Shown: positions 45,502-58,207 of the stretch, in pieces
Layout: the number at the start of each line of letters is the position of its first letter
Numbering within the stretch: the first letter of the stretch is position 1
DNA from: Utricularia gibba
Taxonomy: Eukaryota > Plantae > Magnoliophyta
Reading direction: 5' to 3'
Assembly: GCA_002189035.1 (NCBI GenBank)
Contig: NEEC01000019.1
Coordinates: forward strand, 1,302,001-1,366,000
Length of the DNA stretch: 64,000 nt
Program-made: the position numbers and the translations under genes
Notes under the pieces: model-generated
What the model was told of the DNA's origin: nothing
The model's database searches: none
The model's input: the letters and a program-made list of their open reading frames with translations, nothing else

Positions 45502-45975
45502 ATGTTTGGGCGGAGAAAATTTCTTTCTCTGCCGCTGGTCATCGGCGCCACCGTGTGAGCTCTAGCTCCTCCGCTCTCTTTTCTTTATATGGTGTTCGTA
45601 GATGAAACTGCGGCTGGCTGATTGCTTCATCCTATTCAAGGAAATGCTCCTTTTTGGTGTTAGGAAATGGAATCAAAACTTACCTTTTGATGGTTCTGGG
45701 GAAAACTGTTGAAGCTTTTATGTCTTCAATTGCAGAGTATTTGGAATGCTTTCGTTTGTGAATGTGCCATGAATCCGTTTTTGTGCATTGATTCATCCAC
45801 GTCATGAGAATAGGCGATAGCACTCTTTTTCTTGTTGTTTCACTGTGCTTTTGTTTGTTTCAGGATAGGAGTTGTCTCTGGGAAAGCCATATTTGGCCCC
45901 CCTCTTGAAGAGTATTGGAAGAACAAGAAGCTCCAAGAAGAACAAGAAGCAGCAGTGGATAAAAAACTGGAATGA
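45502..45975 (+). CDS. 54-aa single-TM microprotein, PIGBOS1-like, 2 exons
   Basis: Exon 1 45502-45554 (donor GT|GTGAGC) and exon 2 45864-45975 (acceptor TTTGTTTCAG) join in frame: MFGRRKFLSLPLVIGATVIGVVSGKAIFGPPLEEYWKNKKLQEEQEAAVDKKLE*. Confidence 0.8.
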
Positions 45976-46354
45976 TAGTTTCTTTTCTTTGAAATTATGA
46001 ATTAGATTCTGAGCTTCTTCGTTCTTTCAAGGCATGATTTCTAGAGCAGAGACAGTGAAAATGTCCTTGTTTACATAAATAACTGATCTTTGGCAGTTTC
46101 AGCTTTGTTGTATCTTGTTCTAAGTTGGAAAGACAGAAGTTACTCTCACCAGATCTCAGTTTCATTACCACAAGAAAGCATAAACAAATGTCAGTTGTTG
46201 GATATGATACACAAACAAGTTTCATATACGGCGGTTGCCGCCTGACCGCACCGGCTTAAGAGCAAGAATATGCAAATCAGATCAAATAAACACAACAATC
46301 CGTAGCAGAGGGCTATATAGCACACTAAATCAGAATCGAATTATGGCATTGGTT

Positions 46355-47869
46355 TCAGCTCTTGGACTTGGAATGCTTGACGAGCCAATCGATGACCTGA
46401 TCGATGTTGGTTGAGTTCTTGCAGGAGATCATGAAGCAGCAAACCTCCCGGTCTGTTATGGACTTCAAATCCCTGCATCATATGACACAGTAGCTTTGCA
46501 TCAGTCGGGTCTTCTGAGGCATCTTCTAGGACACAGATATTTTAAACTTACATTTGATCACTCAATGCTTGCTTAGATAGGGATTGGGGCTTGTCAATCT
46601 TGTTCCCAAGCACAAGTAGAGGAATGCCGCTTAGTGATGGCTTGCTCAACAGATCATGAAGTTCGCCTCTGGAGTTGGAGATATTGTCATGATCAGCAGC
46701 ATCAACCACATACCTGCATTTTTTATGATGTAGGAAGAAAACGGAATGTTGAGTGAATCATTTACTTGAAACCAGAGATAACAAATCATTAGCAGCAATG
46801 GCAAGGTACTGAGAGCAGGAAAAAGCACATACACAATTGCAGAAACTGCACGGCAGTATCGCTCCCACATACTCCGAAATCGGGGCTGGCCACCAAGATC
46901 CCATAATTTAATTGTGACATTCCCTTTAGTGACCTTCCGCATGTTGAACCCCACCTGAAGAATCAAACCAACTTTCATGAAAGGCTTCGAGGATGATACT
47001 AAATATGAGAAAATCCGGGCAAGAATTCAGCAAGAAACTTTACCGTAGGAATCATATCCTCACTATAACCACCAGTCTGCAGATGTAGAAAACAAAAAAC
47101 AGTAAGTTTTGATGATTTAAACAAACGGATTAAGCATGAAAGTCTTACTGAATTACACACTTACAGCAACAACATTTACAAGGGACGTTTTCCCTGCATT
47201 CTGAAGACCTATTAAAGATAGCTCCATCTCTTGCTTGAAGAAAAGGCTGTTTGTACAACCAAAAGACTTAGTCAAGCTTCAAACATTACACATCCGCTCG
47301 CATAATATAGTTTATGCTATCCACGCACACTTGAACCCAATTGTTAAATATAAAGGGGGAGCTAAAGATGGGGTAGAGACAAAAACTTGATCATAGATGA
47401 TCCAAGAAACAGACGCAATCTCATCGTATTCTGATATAATTATAATTGCTCTTGGCAGCTTGATTATTTGAATCATGCTTGTTGGATTTTAATGAAAATT
47501 AAGAAAAGATAGATGCTTCCAGTAGTTACAACACGATAAACAAACAGGGGTTCCAAAGATTACAAACACAACTAAAATCGAAACTTGATGAAAATTTATA
47601 GATTCAATCGTTAAGGTAAAGGCACAGAAAGCTTCGGTTCACAGCTTATATCTACTACACAACCCCAATTTCACGATTCACCTCCACACCGCATTCTGTA
47701 TCAACTCAAGGCAAATCGAGGAAAAAGACAGTTTTTCTGATAAATTTCCCATCCCATTAGAAACAAATTCAGCCTACAGATAAGGGAAACAGAAATTAAA
47801 GCCCAGAGAATCAATACGCCCGGTTAAAAACCTTCTAAGCCAATTGAGAAAAGCTTCCCAGAGACCCAT
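46355..47869 (-). CDS. ARL8: ADP-ribosylation factor-like GTPase 8, 6 exons
   Basis: [85 protein letters not shown]. Confidence 0.98.
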
Positions 47870-48183
47870 TGCTTCGAATTGGCGGGTTTTTAGGTCTACG
47901 AGAAACGGAAAATGGATCTCCTCTGCGTCTTCTCCGAATTCGCTCCACACGAATTGCCGCTCCTCCTCCTCCAGTCCCACACCAGAAAGTCTATATATGA
48001 ATAAACCTAATTGATAAATAAATAGTAATTAAATTTATTTTAAATTAATATCCCATTGAGATATTGTGGTTATTTAGGGTATGTTGCCTTCATGATGGTG
48101 TAGCTGGCACGTGCTACAGCAGATCCGATAAGCAGCCACGTGGATTTTAGAAAATATAATTACAATCATTATATGTAGTTATT

Positions 48184-51100
48184 ATGGAGTCGACCATCGA
48201 AAATCCAAATTCGCGATCGTCAATGGGGAAATTGAGGATCGGCGGCGCGTGGACTGGACAGTTAGAAGTCTCGCTGGATGAGTGGACGGTGGCGATGCTC
48301 AGGGAAGAGGTTGCCCGGCGATCCGGTAGTTGCGGGCCTGATTGCATAAACCTTATATCTGCTGGGAGATCGTTGAAGGACGGTGATGGAACGGAGAAGC
48401 TGATTAATTTGGGTGTCAAGGACAATGCCAAGATATTGGCGACAAGGGTTTCTGTTGATCGCGATGGCAAGCCCTTTAAGGAAAAGTTCATGGCGGAAGA
48501 GGAACGCTTCAAAAGGCTCTCCAGGCTTAGGTAATGTCTTATGTTAAATTGATTGTTGTTAGGGCTGTCGTGTTTGAAGGTACTTCGAGGTTGGTTTCTG
48601 TTGGGTGCTTTAATTCACTGTTAAGCTTATACGCTTATGATGTTTGTGGGAGTGTTTGAATTTTGAACAGCGCGAGCATTTTAAGTAGCGCACTTAAATT
48701 TAGTAGTCTCAAAAGCTCAAATATGTATTTTGTGTTATGATGCAAGACTTGATGATTTCAATGCCACAGCTTTGTAAGCATCGGTAGGCTGTCCAGAATC
48801 TGTTTGTGATACGAGTTTTGCATTAGTATTCTTTATTTGCATGCATCCTCCCATGGCATGTCAAGAAGCCGGATTTATGTGAATTACGCTTGAGTTAAGA
48901 CCGACGACTGTTCGCTTGCAATGTGAACATGCATTTTTTCTTTTGTGATCCATAATATAAAACAACTGGATTCACAGGGCAGCTGCTGATTCCTTGGTGT
49001 CAAGGCATGTTGATGGTGCACTTCCTATTGATAATTTCAATCTGGAGCTTGAAAATCAAAGTGGGCAAAAAGTGAATTTCGGATCCGAGACAGACCAGAG
49101 GTATGAAACTGGAGATTGATCAAGTTTGATTATTAGATACACCCTCCGTGTTTCCTACTAAAACTCGAATTTTCTTGCGTCAGAGCCATAATGATGGGGC
49201 TGGTGCTTCATAAAAATGCTAAAGCTCTATTAAGGAAGCAGCAGTATAGAGATGCTTTAGAAATACTTGCCATGGGTGAGGTGAGATCTTTGGAACCCCC
49301 ATGCTAGGAACTTTGGTCTGCCATCTTCTGTGATGAACTTTGGCTTGACGTTTTATTGTATCATATAACAGTAAAATTTAGCATGGAGTTGCATTGCCAA
49401 ATGCTTCTTCTTCGTCTTCACATAAACTGCTCCTCCCATGTTCCTAAAATCTTTCTTGGAAATTCCTAAAATCTTTCTTGGAAATTCCTAAAATCTAGAG
49501 GTATTTTTCAATAATTTTTACGTGATTGCATTCACATCAAGTTCAACCTCTTTCAGGAGGCTTTTTCACTGTGCGACCAAAAATTAATTGAGGTGAGGCA
49601 TAATTCATTCATTGATGTACATTTATATGGACGAACAAAATTATCCTCTTGACAACTTTCTTCCAACACTAGATGGTTGACAATGTATCGATTCTCCAAC
49701 TAGACATGGTCTGGTGCTATTTTATGCTCCGTGATATTGCTTGGCTGTCGGACGCAGGAGATCGTCTTGCAAAGGCAAGAAAAGGTATTGAGCATGCTCA
49801 TGGAAAGGAATCTACTCGCCTGAGAATCATCCAAGGAGGCCGTTACCCTGAGATAGCTCTGTAAGCCATTGATATATTTCTCGCCTCTTGGTTTTTTTTT
49901 TCCCTACGACAAAAGCTTCTGAAACTGTCCTCTTCGATATGTATTTCATATTTAAAGGCACTTAAGGATGGAACTATTGGAAGGAGTGGTAGCATATCAC
50001 AGTGGTCAGCTTAAAAAATCCAGGGAGGCTTTAGCCTCTGCTCAAGATAAATATGTACAGGTTATTTCATCTTATTATTTCTTTTTATGCTAGTAATTTA
50101 TATGTTTACGCACACTATCTCTTCTTTGTTATATTCAATGAAGTCAATGGTTTCATTCATTCTGAAGATGATCATTGCTTTAGCTGCTAGCGGATTCTGA
50201 CAATGATTAATTGCATGCATTCCTTATCCATGGCTAATCTTTTATTAGTGATAATTGCTGACTTGTTGGGCTCTCTGTTGTTTCAGCTTCAAGTCCCTGA
50301 TGAGGCATTATCCTTGTTAATGAACATGGGATATAAAGAACACCGAGCAAAGAGGGCTCTGCAGATCTGTAATTTGGATGTCGGAAGTGCAATCGATTTT
50401 CTTATTGAGGAGAAACTCATCAAGGCAAGAAAGATGGAGGAGAATCTTCAGCGAAAGAAAGAAATTATGTATGGTTTTCATTACGTGCACCCATACATGT
50501 TGAATTCCTTCTGATGGTATCTCGCTGTAGTAATGGTTAATACACCTGCAGGGAGCAAAAGCGATATGGAATGACTCCACTTAAGAAAGCATTAGATATA
50601 GAGAAGCTGAATTACTTATCCTCAATGGGGTAAGTAAGCTGAAGGGCTTGAACATTGAATGAGCTTTCTAGTTTTTTGCTGCATATGAACCTTTGGATGC
50701 AACCTCCTTTGTAATTGCTAGCTTTGAGAGAGATCTTGCGGCTGAAGCACTGCGAAGGAATGAAAATGACACCCAGAAGGCTCTGGATGATTTGACAGAC
50801 CCCACCATCAATTCTGCCTTGCAGGTAAGTTTTCCTGTAACTGAAAGAAGAATGTAGTCCAGAGTTTCAGTATTCTCTGGCTTCACACACAGATGGATCT
50901 TATGTCAAAGAAAAGGAAGAGAGCTCTCGCAAAAGTATCTGCTGTCCAAAATCCTCTCCCGGGTGAGCATGATGACCAGTGAGAGCGATGCAGGACATGC
51001 AATCCTGAGTTCCCGGAGTGCATTTCATTTCCTGTCATTTTCTTTTTTGCGCAGGTGAAACGGTTGTTCCCACAGTTGGAAGTGAAGAACATGCATTAGC

Positions 51101-51344
51101 ACATCAGAATGGTGGGGATGAAAATGACGGCATGAAGCCGGTGGAAGACGTCGAACTTGGCGGCGAAGATGCCGGTCCTTCGACGCCGTCAATCAAGCGA
51201 GACGAGGAGATGGAAGCCGAGCTCACGGAGGAGCTGCGAAACGGCGATGCTTACTCAGACTACGATATGGACGTCCAGAAAGAAGGTGAAGCCATTGCAG
51301 AGTATCTGGCCTTGCTCACGGCGGCCGAGAGCGCCGTGCCGTGA
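48184..51344 (+). CDS. NUB1: NEDD8 ultimate buster 1-like (UBL + UBA domains), 11 exons
   Basis: KLRIGGAWTG..UBL; LELENQSG; AIMMGLVLH; VDNVSILQLDMVWCYFML; LELLEGVVAYH; UBA LLMNMGYKEHRAKRAL and SMGFERDLAAEALRRNEND; C-terminal YDMDVQKEGEAIAEYL. Confidence 0.93.
49441..49496. repeat. 22-bp tandem repeat (2.5 copies) in a NUB1 intron
   Basis: TTCCTAAAATCTTTCTTGGAAA x2 plus TTCCTAAAATCT. Confidence 0.95.
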
Positions 51345-51733
51345 ACCGGACCGGTGCTCCTTGCACTTGTACGTAGATAATAATAATAATATTATTAATT
51401 ATTTAAATATGGTGAATATTACTCGATAAATTGTATTAATAATAAAAAAATATATATTTTAGGCGACGGTAAATATGCTATTTTTTTTTTAAATTTTATT
51501 TCCACACGCCTTGGTACAACAGTTGTGTGGGGGAAAGCCTGGTGCGGGTGAAGTGAGGAAGAAGGTGTAAGTTGGGAAGTGCATCTTGGGGTTGGGGAGT
51601 CAAACTTCCAGAAACAAACCCTAGAATTCATGTGCAACTGATCGGATATTGATACGCGAAGGGGGCTCGGCTCCTCCGCTCTCCACTGTGTCTAAATCTT
51701 CCGGCATCACGCGGTGATTTCTCACTTTTGTAC

Positions 51734-54700
51734 ATGGCGTCGGAGATCGAGGTGGTTGAGGAGGCGGAGGGTGATATCAATCATCAACAGCAGCAATATT
51801 CCAATAGTGGGAATGAGGCTTCTTTAGCTGAGGATGAGAGCTTGAGAAATGATGTGTATACCGCGGCGGCATATGGAGATATGGAGAAGCTGCAGCGATT
51901 GGTGGAGGATGAAGGGTGCTCTGTTTCGGAGCCCGATGCTCTGGGCTACTATGCTTTGCAGTGGGCTGCCCTTAATAATAGGACTGCTGCTGCTCAATAT
52001 ATTCTTGAGGTTTGTCGTCTGCTTGGGAATGCAATTGTAAATAAAGCTATCCTGTAAATTGTCTAGATTGCTTCAAAGAATTCACCTGTACATTTGTCGA
52101 CTTCCATTTGTTTCCACACAAATACATGCGGTAGTTCATCTTATATGTCAGCTGTGGTTGGCATCTTTTGTTTTGTTTGCGTAGCTTCTGTACTGTTGAT
52201 TGCTGTGCATGCTCTAATCTTGGATCAGATACCATTCACTTCCATAAAGTTGTCTAGTTCGTCTTCTAAATCTCTGTTTCTTTCATAATGTATGTCCATT
52301 ATTGTTTATTGTCTTTTATTAGTTCATCGATGGGAACCAGGATTTTAATGCAAAACCTTGTATTGTAGAAGTGAAATATTTCTTTCCTGGTTCCTTTCCT
52401 TTTCAAGTGTTTGGACTGTTATGCCCTCTGATTACGATTGGTACATTCTTAACAGCATGGAGGTGATATATGTGCGCGTGATCATACAGGCCAGATGGCA
52501 CTTCACTGGAGTGCTGTGAGAGGTTCAATACAAGTTGCTGAACTTCTCTTGCGAGAGGGCGCTATGGTCAGCGCAGCTGATTTTAATGGGTACCAGGTTT
52601 GGCTTATATATATTGTTCAGGTTTCAAGCTAACTACATATTAATCATTAGAGAGAATGATTACAAATGTGTAAATTTCACACCACATCACTTGAAGATTT
52701 TTTCGTTGGTGAGGTGTCTTTTGCTGTATATTGCTTTGGGTTGCCTCCTAGCACTATTTTTCCTCGATCAATATTTTATAGGAATTTATCACCTTGTTAT
52801 CGCATATCTATGTAATGCCGCCCTTTCTCAAAAAAAAAAAAAAAAAAAAAAAAACTGTTTCCTCAGGTTTGTAAGAGGAATAAGATAGAATAGGATTGTT
52901 ATTTGTGAAATAGACTGAAGTTATTGATAAACCCGCTTGGGAGCAATGTCAAAAAAAGCTCCTTATGCTTGTGCCCCATCTTCCAAATAACAGGGCTTAA
53001 TGATTTTTTTTGTCTGTTTCCTGATGGTATACGAGCCATTGCTTTTTTTTATTTTCGTGATCAACTGATTCATTGGCTGTCATAGTTATATGATCCATAT
53101 AAACAAGCTCACATATTAGGAGAAGAACCAGTGTTTCTGTTTTAAGTGAGGTGCATGACAATGAAAATCTGGTGATTTATGCATCGAAATAAATAAATAA
53201 AATGTAGTCTATATACATAATGCTCAAGGAATCATGCTGAAAGGCGCATTTATTTGTTTATTTTCACCTCATTTAGGTCCGGAATTTTGCTAGTCTTGAT
53301 ATTATGTTAACAACTGTGTTATTTTTATATCTTTTTTTACTTAGAAGTTAAGAAATTATTTTGATCACAGACAACACATGTTGCTGCACAATATGGACAA
53401 ACGAGTTTTCTTTATCATATTGTGACGAAGTGGAATGCTGATCCTGATGTTCCAGATAATGATGGAAGAAGCCCCTTGCACTGGTAATTGAGATCTGTAG
53501 CTGTAAACTGTTAAATCATTATTAGTTGGGCAAACTTGTTGTAGTGTTCTTAAGAATTTTGTACAGATTTTTTTTTTATTACACTTTTGCTAGGGGTAAA
53601 TAATTTTTTGCGTCACACACTTACTTTCTGTATAATACTCTAGAGTTCACTGCACTTTGATGTGTTGTTTATTGTCCATATGGCAGCTGTTAGTCTGGTC
53701 TGGTTGCTTGAATAGTGTAGTATCAAGTATATCCTATTCTCAATGATGATAACTATAGTCAGTTGTGTTGTGCCTACCTACCTGCAACACCACAAGCCCA
53801 TGTATACGGGTTGTTTCTTGAGCTGTTTTTTTTTTTTTTAATAACAATGGTTATATCATGTTCATAGGGCTGCATATAAGGGATATGCAGACTGCATACG
53901 GCTTTTGTTGTATCTAAATGCTTATAGAGGCCGGCAAGACAAAGAAGGTTATTTGAAATTACCTGTGCATGTCCTTTTGAAATGCGGTTCATCATCTTCA
54001 GAATCCCTGATATATATAAATCATGATTTAGGCTGCACTCCTCTTCATTGGGCTGCAATTAGGGGCAGTTTAGAAGCATGCACTGTCTTAGTGCAAGCTG
54101 GAAAGAAGGAAGACTTGATGGTAACTGATAATACTGGCATGACTCCAGCTCAACTTGCGGCTGACAAAAATCACAGACAAGTTGCATTTTTCCTCGTATG
54201 TGCTTCAAATAAAAAGTTTGTTTAATTATGTTCCTGTAAATTAATGTTTAATTTGCTCCATTTTTCACATGTCTTAGTCTTTTATGTTTTGAGTGATATT
54301 ACAGGGAAACTCCAGAAGGCTATTTGATAAGCGATGGGATAACAGCAGCTTATTTGGAAAAATGTCAAAACTTGGACTTGCCCCAATACTTTGGTGCATG
54401 ATCCTCATCCTTCTTGTGACATATGTACATTCAGTTGTTACTGGTAAGTGACATAAATTAGTCAATAAGTGCCCTTTTGCTTTGCGTTTCCATGGATTTA
54501 GTTAATAGTATCTGTATTTTGGTCCTGCAGCATCAAATTTCCCAAGATTAACAACTGGTTTGGGTGTTTTTGCGTGGTTGGGTGCAGTCCTGGCAACTGG
54601 TGGTCTAGTTTTGTTTTACAGATGTAGCAGGTAACGCCGGATACCAATTGTGTTTTATGAGATAGTACGTGTGTGTGCAAAGGCACTAACTCATTTTCTT

Positions 54701-56764
54701 AGTGTTTCATATTTTCATTGAAAATGATACGAGCATCTATGTTTCAAGTCTCAATTTTGTTCATCCTTTGTGTTGTTCGACTATACTGGTAATCTATATT
54801 TCCATGATGTCCACGTTATTGCACACATGCAGTGTTGATTTTTTTATTTTTTTCTGGGGGAAAACATTTTAATGCTGATTCCATCAGCCGACCTATTTGT
54901 AATACATTGTCAACCAATAAATTTTATTTTTCATCATTGGTAGGCCTAATCTAATCATCTTCTAATATGCAGCAAGGATCCTGGCTATATCAGGATGAAT
55001 ATTCATGACCCAAGGAATATGAAGGATGATGTAAGACTCGATTTCCTTTTTTTTTCTCATATTCTTAATTTCTCATATTTTTTCCAGTAAAGTTGCTCTT
55101 ATTCCATTATCTAGAACAAGTACCATAGCGATCTGCCCTTGCTTGTTTTAGATTTGTAATGTTTTTGAATCTTTCTTCTTGTAACTTTGTGGCTTATACA
55201 GGAGCCTTTACTGAGGATTGAAATAAATCATCCTGCTTTGCTTGCTGGAAACTGGTCTCAGCTTTGTGCGACATGCAAGGTAGGAACATTCTGTGATGGA
55301 CTGGTGATAATTATATGAGTATAATGAAGCTTCTTACATATGCTGAATATCGCAGTGTACTGCTTCTTAAGTCTTTTACTTTTGGTTTATCAGATTATCC
55401 GGCCTCTTCGTGCAAAGCACTGTTCCACTTGTGACCGTTGTGTTGAACAATTTGATCATCATTGCCCATGGGTGTCCAATTGTATTGGAAAGGTGCTGTT
55501 TCTTACTAGTGCTGATGCTGCTGTATAAATTTTTTATTCTTCTCTCGTTCAACTCTATGGTAACTGTTTTGAATCCAAAAGTTTTTTTCTAGTATTCTTT
55601 TACTTTTTTTATGGTTTGGTTAATGACTATCTAATTAAGTTAACGCTTGTGCATAAATATTACAAAAAGTTGATCTGGAATGCTTATAAGTCAAAAATTA
55701 ATTTATGTAGTAATCTTATTGACACTTTCTGTTCTCCCAAATGTAACGAGCAGAAAAACAAGCGGGATTTTTTCCTGTTCCTTGTTCTGGAAGTTCTGGC
55801 GATGCTGATTACAGGAACTGTTACTCTTGCAAGTGAGAGTTAAGAGTTTTTAATCCTTGCTGTTTGTAGCCAAGAAAATGCTGATAATTTATTATGATTA
55901 CAGGGATCTTGACTGATCCAGTGGCTCCGCATACTTTGGGTGCATGGTTTAGCTACGTTGGTAATGAGCACATTGGGGCTCTGGCATTTTTAGTCGTCGA
56001 CATTTTCCTTCTTTCTGGTGTTGGTGTTTTGACTTGTGTACAGGCGTCTCAGGTACACGTTTCTGACTCTTTAACTTATGTCACTGACTTTAAGATTCGC
56101 ATATTCATACTTCTTAGACCATTCAGGAGGAAGTGGCATTCTATGCAGCCACATCTACTATTTACTTCGTTGTTAGTTAAACTTCCCTAAACACTCCTAT
56201 CTCCAAGCAAACACGCTACTATTGGTATCTTGATCTTCCTTTGTGTGAAGCCAGTTCTCAGTCTTGATTTTTTATCATCATTAGGGTTCTTGTGTTTATT
56301 AGCATTATTGTTTTTTAATAAATGTTTCAAACTCTTCAACTTGACTGCAGATTTCCCGCAATATTACTACAAACGAGATGGCAAACGTGATGCGATACAG
56401 CTACCTGAGGGGACCAGGCGGCAGATTCCGCAATCCATATGACCATGGGATCAGGAAGAATTGCTCAGATTTCCTCATTAAGGGACAAAATGTAGACTCT
56501 GAATGCAATGACGAGCCAAGGGAATGTGAAGGGATCGGTATGTCACAATTGAGAAGGAATGCAAACATACCAAATGCAAGAAGCCATCATCATGCTCGCG
56601 GATCAAATGGTAGTGATAGTAGCAGTCACCTGTTGATTGACGTGGATAAAAGTGGGCACTCGCAGTGCAACCGGAATGTGAATCAAGGCAGTGGCGTCCC
56701 TCTTGGTCTGGGAATAGGCTTGGGAGGGAGAAACACAGCAGCCCTCCCTGCAGTTGTATCGTAG
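51734..56764 (+). CDS. PAT24: Ankyrin-repeat DHHC protein S-acyltransferase (PAT24/TIP1-like)
   Basis: [10 protein letters not shown], ankyrin repeats ([45 protein letters not shown]), [50 protein letters not shown]. Confidence 0.96.
52830..52854. repeat. A25 homopolymer in a PAT24 intron
   Basis: Directly visible. Confidence 0.95.
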
Positions 56765-56980
56765 CTATGGATTAATCATCTTCGCAACTCTCCTGTTTCA
56801 TGACTCCGGCCTTCTTCCCCTGTGCATTCATTTTATTGATACAGTTGTGATTCATCTGTAGTGGATGTTTTCGATTTGTATGTTCAAACAAAGAAAGGCT
56901 TTTCAGTTCCATGAAGAAGAACATAAACAACTCCCCCCTTCCATATACCATTGCTGATCCAGCTCCAAAGATTAAGAGTG

Positions 56981-57867
56981 TCAATTCAACAGATTCAGGT
57001 TGGAGTTCTCCCCATCATCGAAGGTTGTCCATGATTTGGTAAGCAAAGATCCTTCATTACCAATTTTGTCGTTTCCAGCAGCAGGCCTCTGTGGTGCAAG
57101 TGCTTCTTTTTTTTCATATTTCTGCAACTTGTGTTGTTTCTCCCTCTCCTCATCATTCCAGAAATTATTTTCTGTAGAACTTGTAACCTGCGGTTGAGGT
57201 GGAGGACAAGGCGAAGGCTGAGGAGGAAGAGGGGCTCCACTATTCTTACTCTGCTGCAAGTCTCTTTCCTCAAATATGACATCTCTAGGTCCAATCTCAG
57301 CCCCCTGATCTCTCAGCCTCTGCAACAAGGGCCTCTTGGTGGAATGATACTCTTCCTCAGATATGCATTTCATATACAACAGCTCCTGACAGAGAGTAGT
57401 AGCAGTTGCAGATCCAATAACTTAGCACCACAAATGTAACACACCACGCGAACAGGATAACCAACCTGCAAGAAGATGAGCTTATCCCTCAAGATCGCGG
57501 AGGCCTCAAGCTCAGGGGATGCGATCAAGTTGCGAAGAAGATCGGCTCTGAAGTCCGATAGCTGTTGCTGATCAACGATCCCTTCTTTCCGGAGAGCGAT
57601 CAAACGGAGGATCTGGTGGAATGATTCCTGCTGCCATTTCAGATTCTCCGACTGCTGTTTCGCGAGAAGCTCCTCCGCCGCCTCGATCGCCATCAGATTG
57701 CGCTTCCGCTTCTTCTTCCACGAAAAGGGGCCCAGAATAATGCTTCTGCAGATGGACGTGATGGCATCGTTCAACATTTCTGCAACTTCCCAAGAAGCGA
57801 GAGCTTCTGCAACCGTGACTGCGTGTACCGAATGCTGGGAATCGGCCACCGGAGAGTGTAGATTCAA
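56981..57867 (-). CDS. Uncharacterised plant-specific protein, 2 exons; start uncertain
   Basis: ENLKWQQESFHQILRL..LRDKLIFLQ|ELLYMKCISEEEYHSTKRPLLQRL joins in phase across a GT-AG intron (57465-57386). First in-frame ATG is at 57777; the frame is open to 57867. Confidence 0.8.
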
Positions 57868-58207
57868 ATTGAGAAACTAGCCGTTGCACAAAAATACAAA
57901 AATGGCATTTTCAAATAAAACCTTTTTCCCTCGTTTGAAATTCCTTTTCTCAAAGACTTTGTAGCATATTATACACACATCATTTTGACATAAGATATGC
58001 ATCTTTATTCTTCGCAAACTCACATTTTTTTTATGTGAGGAATTATATTTTAGTCATTTTACATGAGAAAATGAAAAAAAAAAACATCCAAAACTTCATT
58101 TATTCATATTTGGTATGAATGAAGGGATCACAGTAATGCAAAAGAACAAACAGCATCCATCAGTAAAATAAGTCACAGCAGCAGAGTGAGGAATCAGAAG
58201 CACAGCT

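Noticed and set aside
47870-47980. GTG-initiated N-terminal extension of ARL8 in the ORF track
   Set aside because: ARL8 family proteins begin MGLWEAF; the extension is 5' UTR.
52830-52854. A25 tract as a possible retroposon tail
   Set aside because: No SINE/LINE body or target-site duplication visible.
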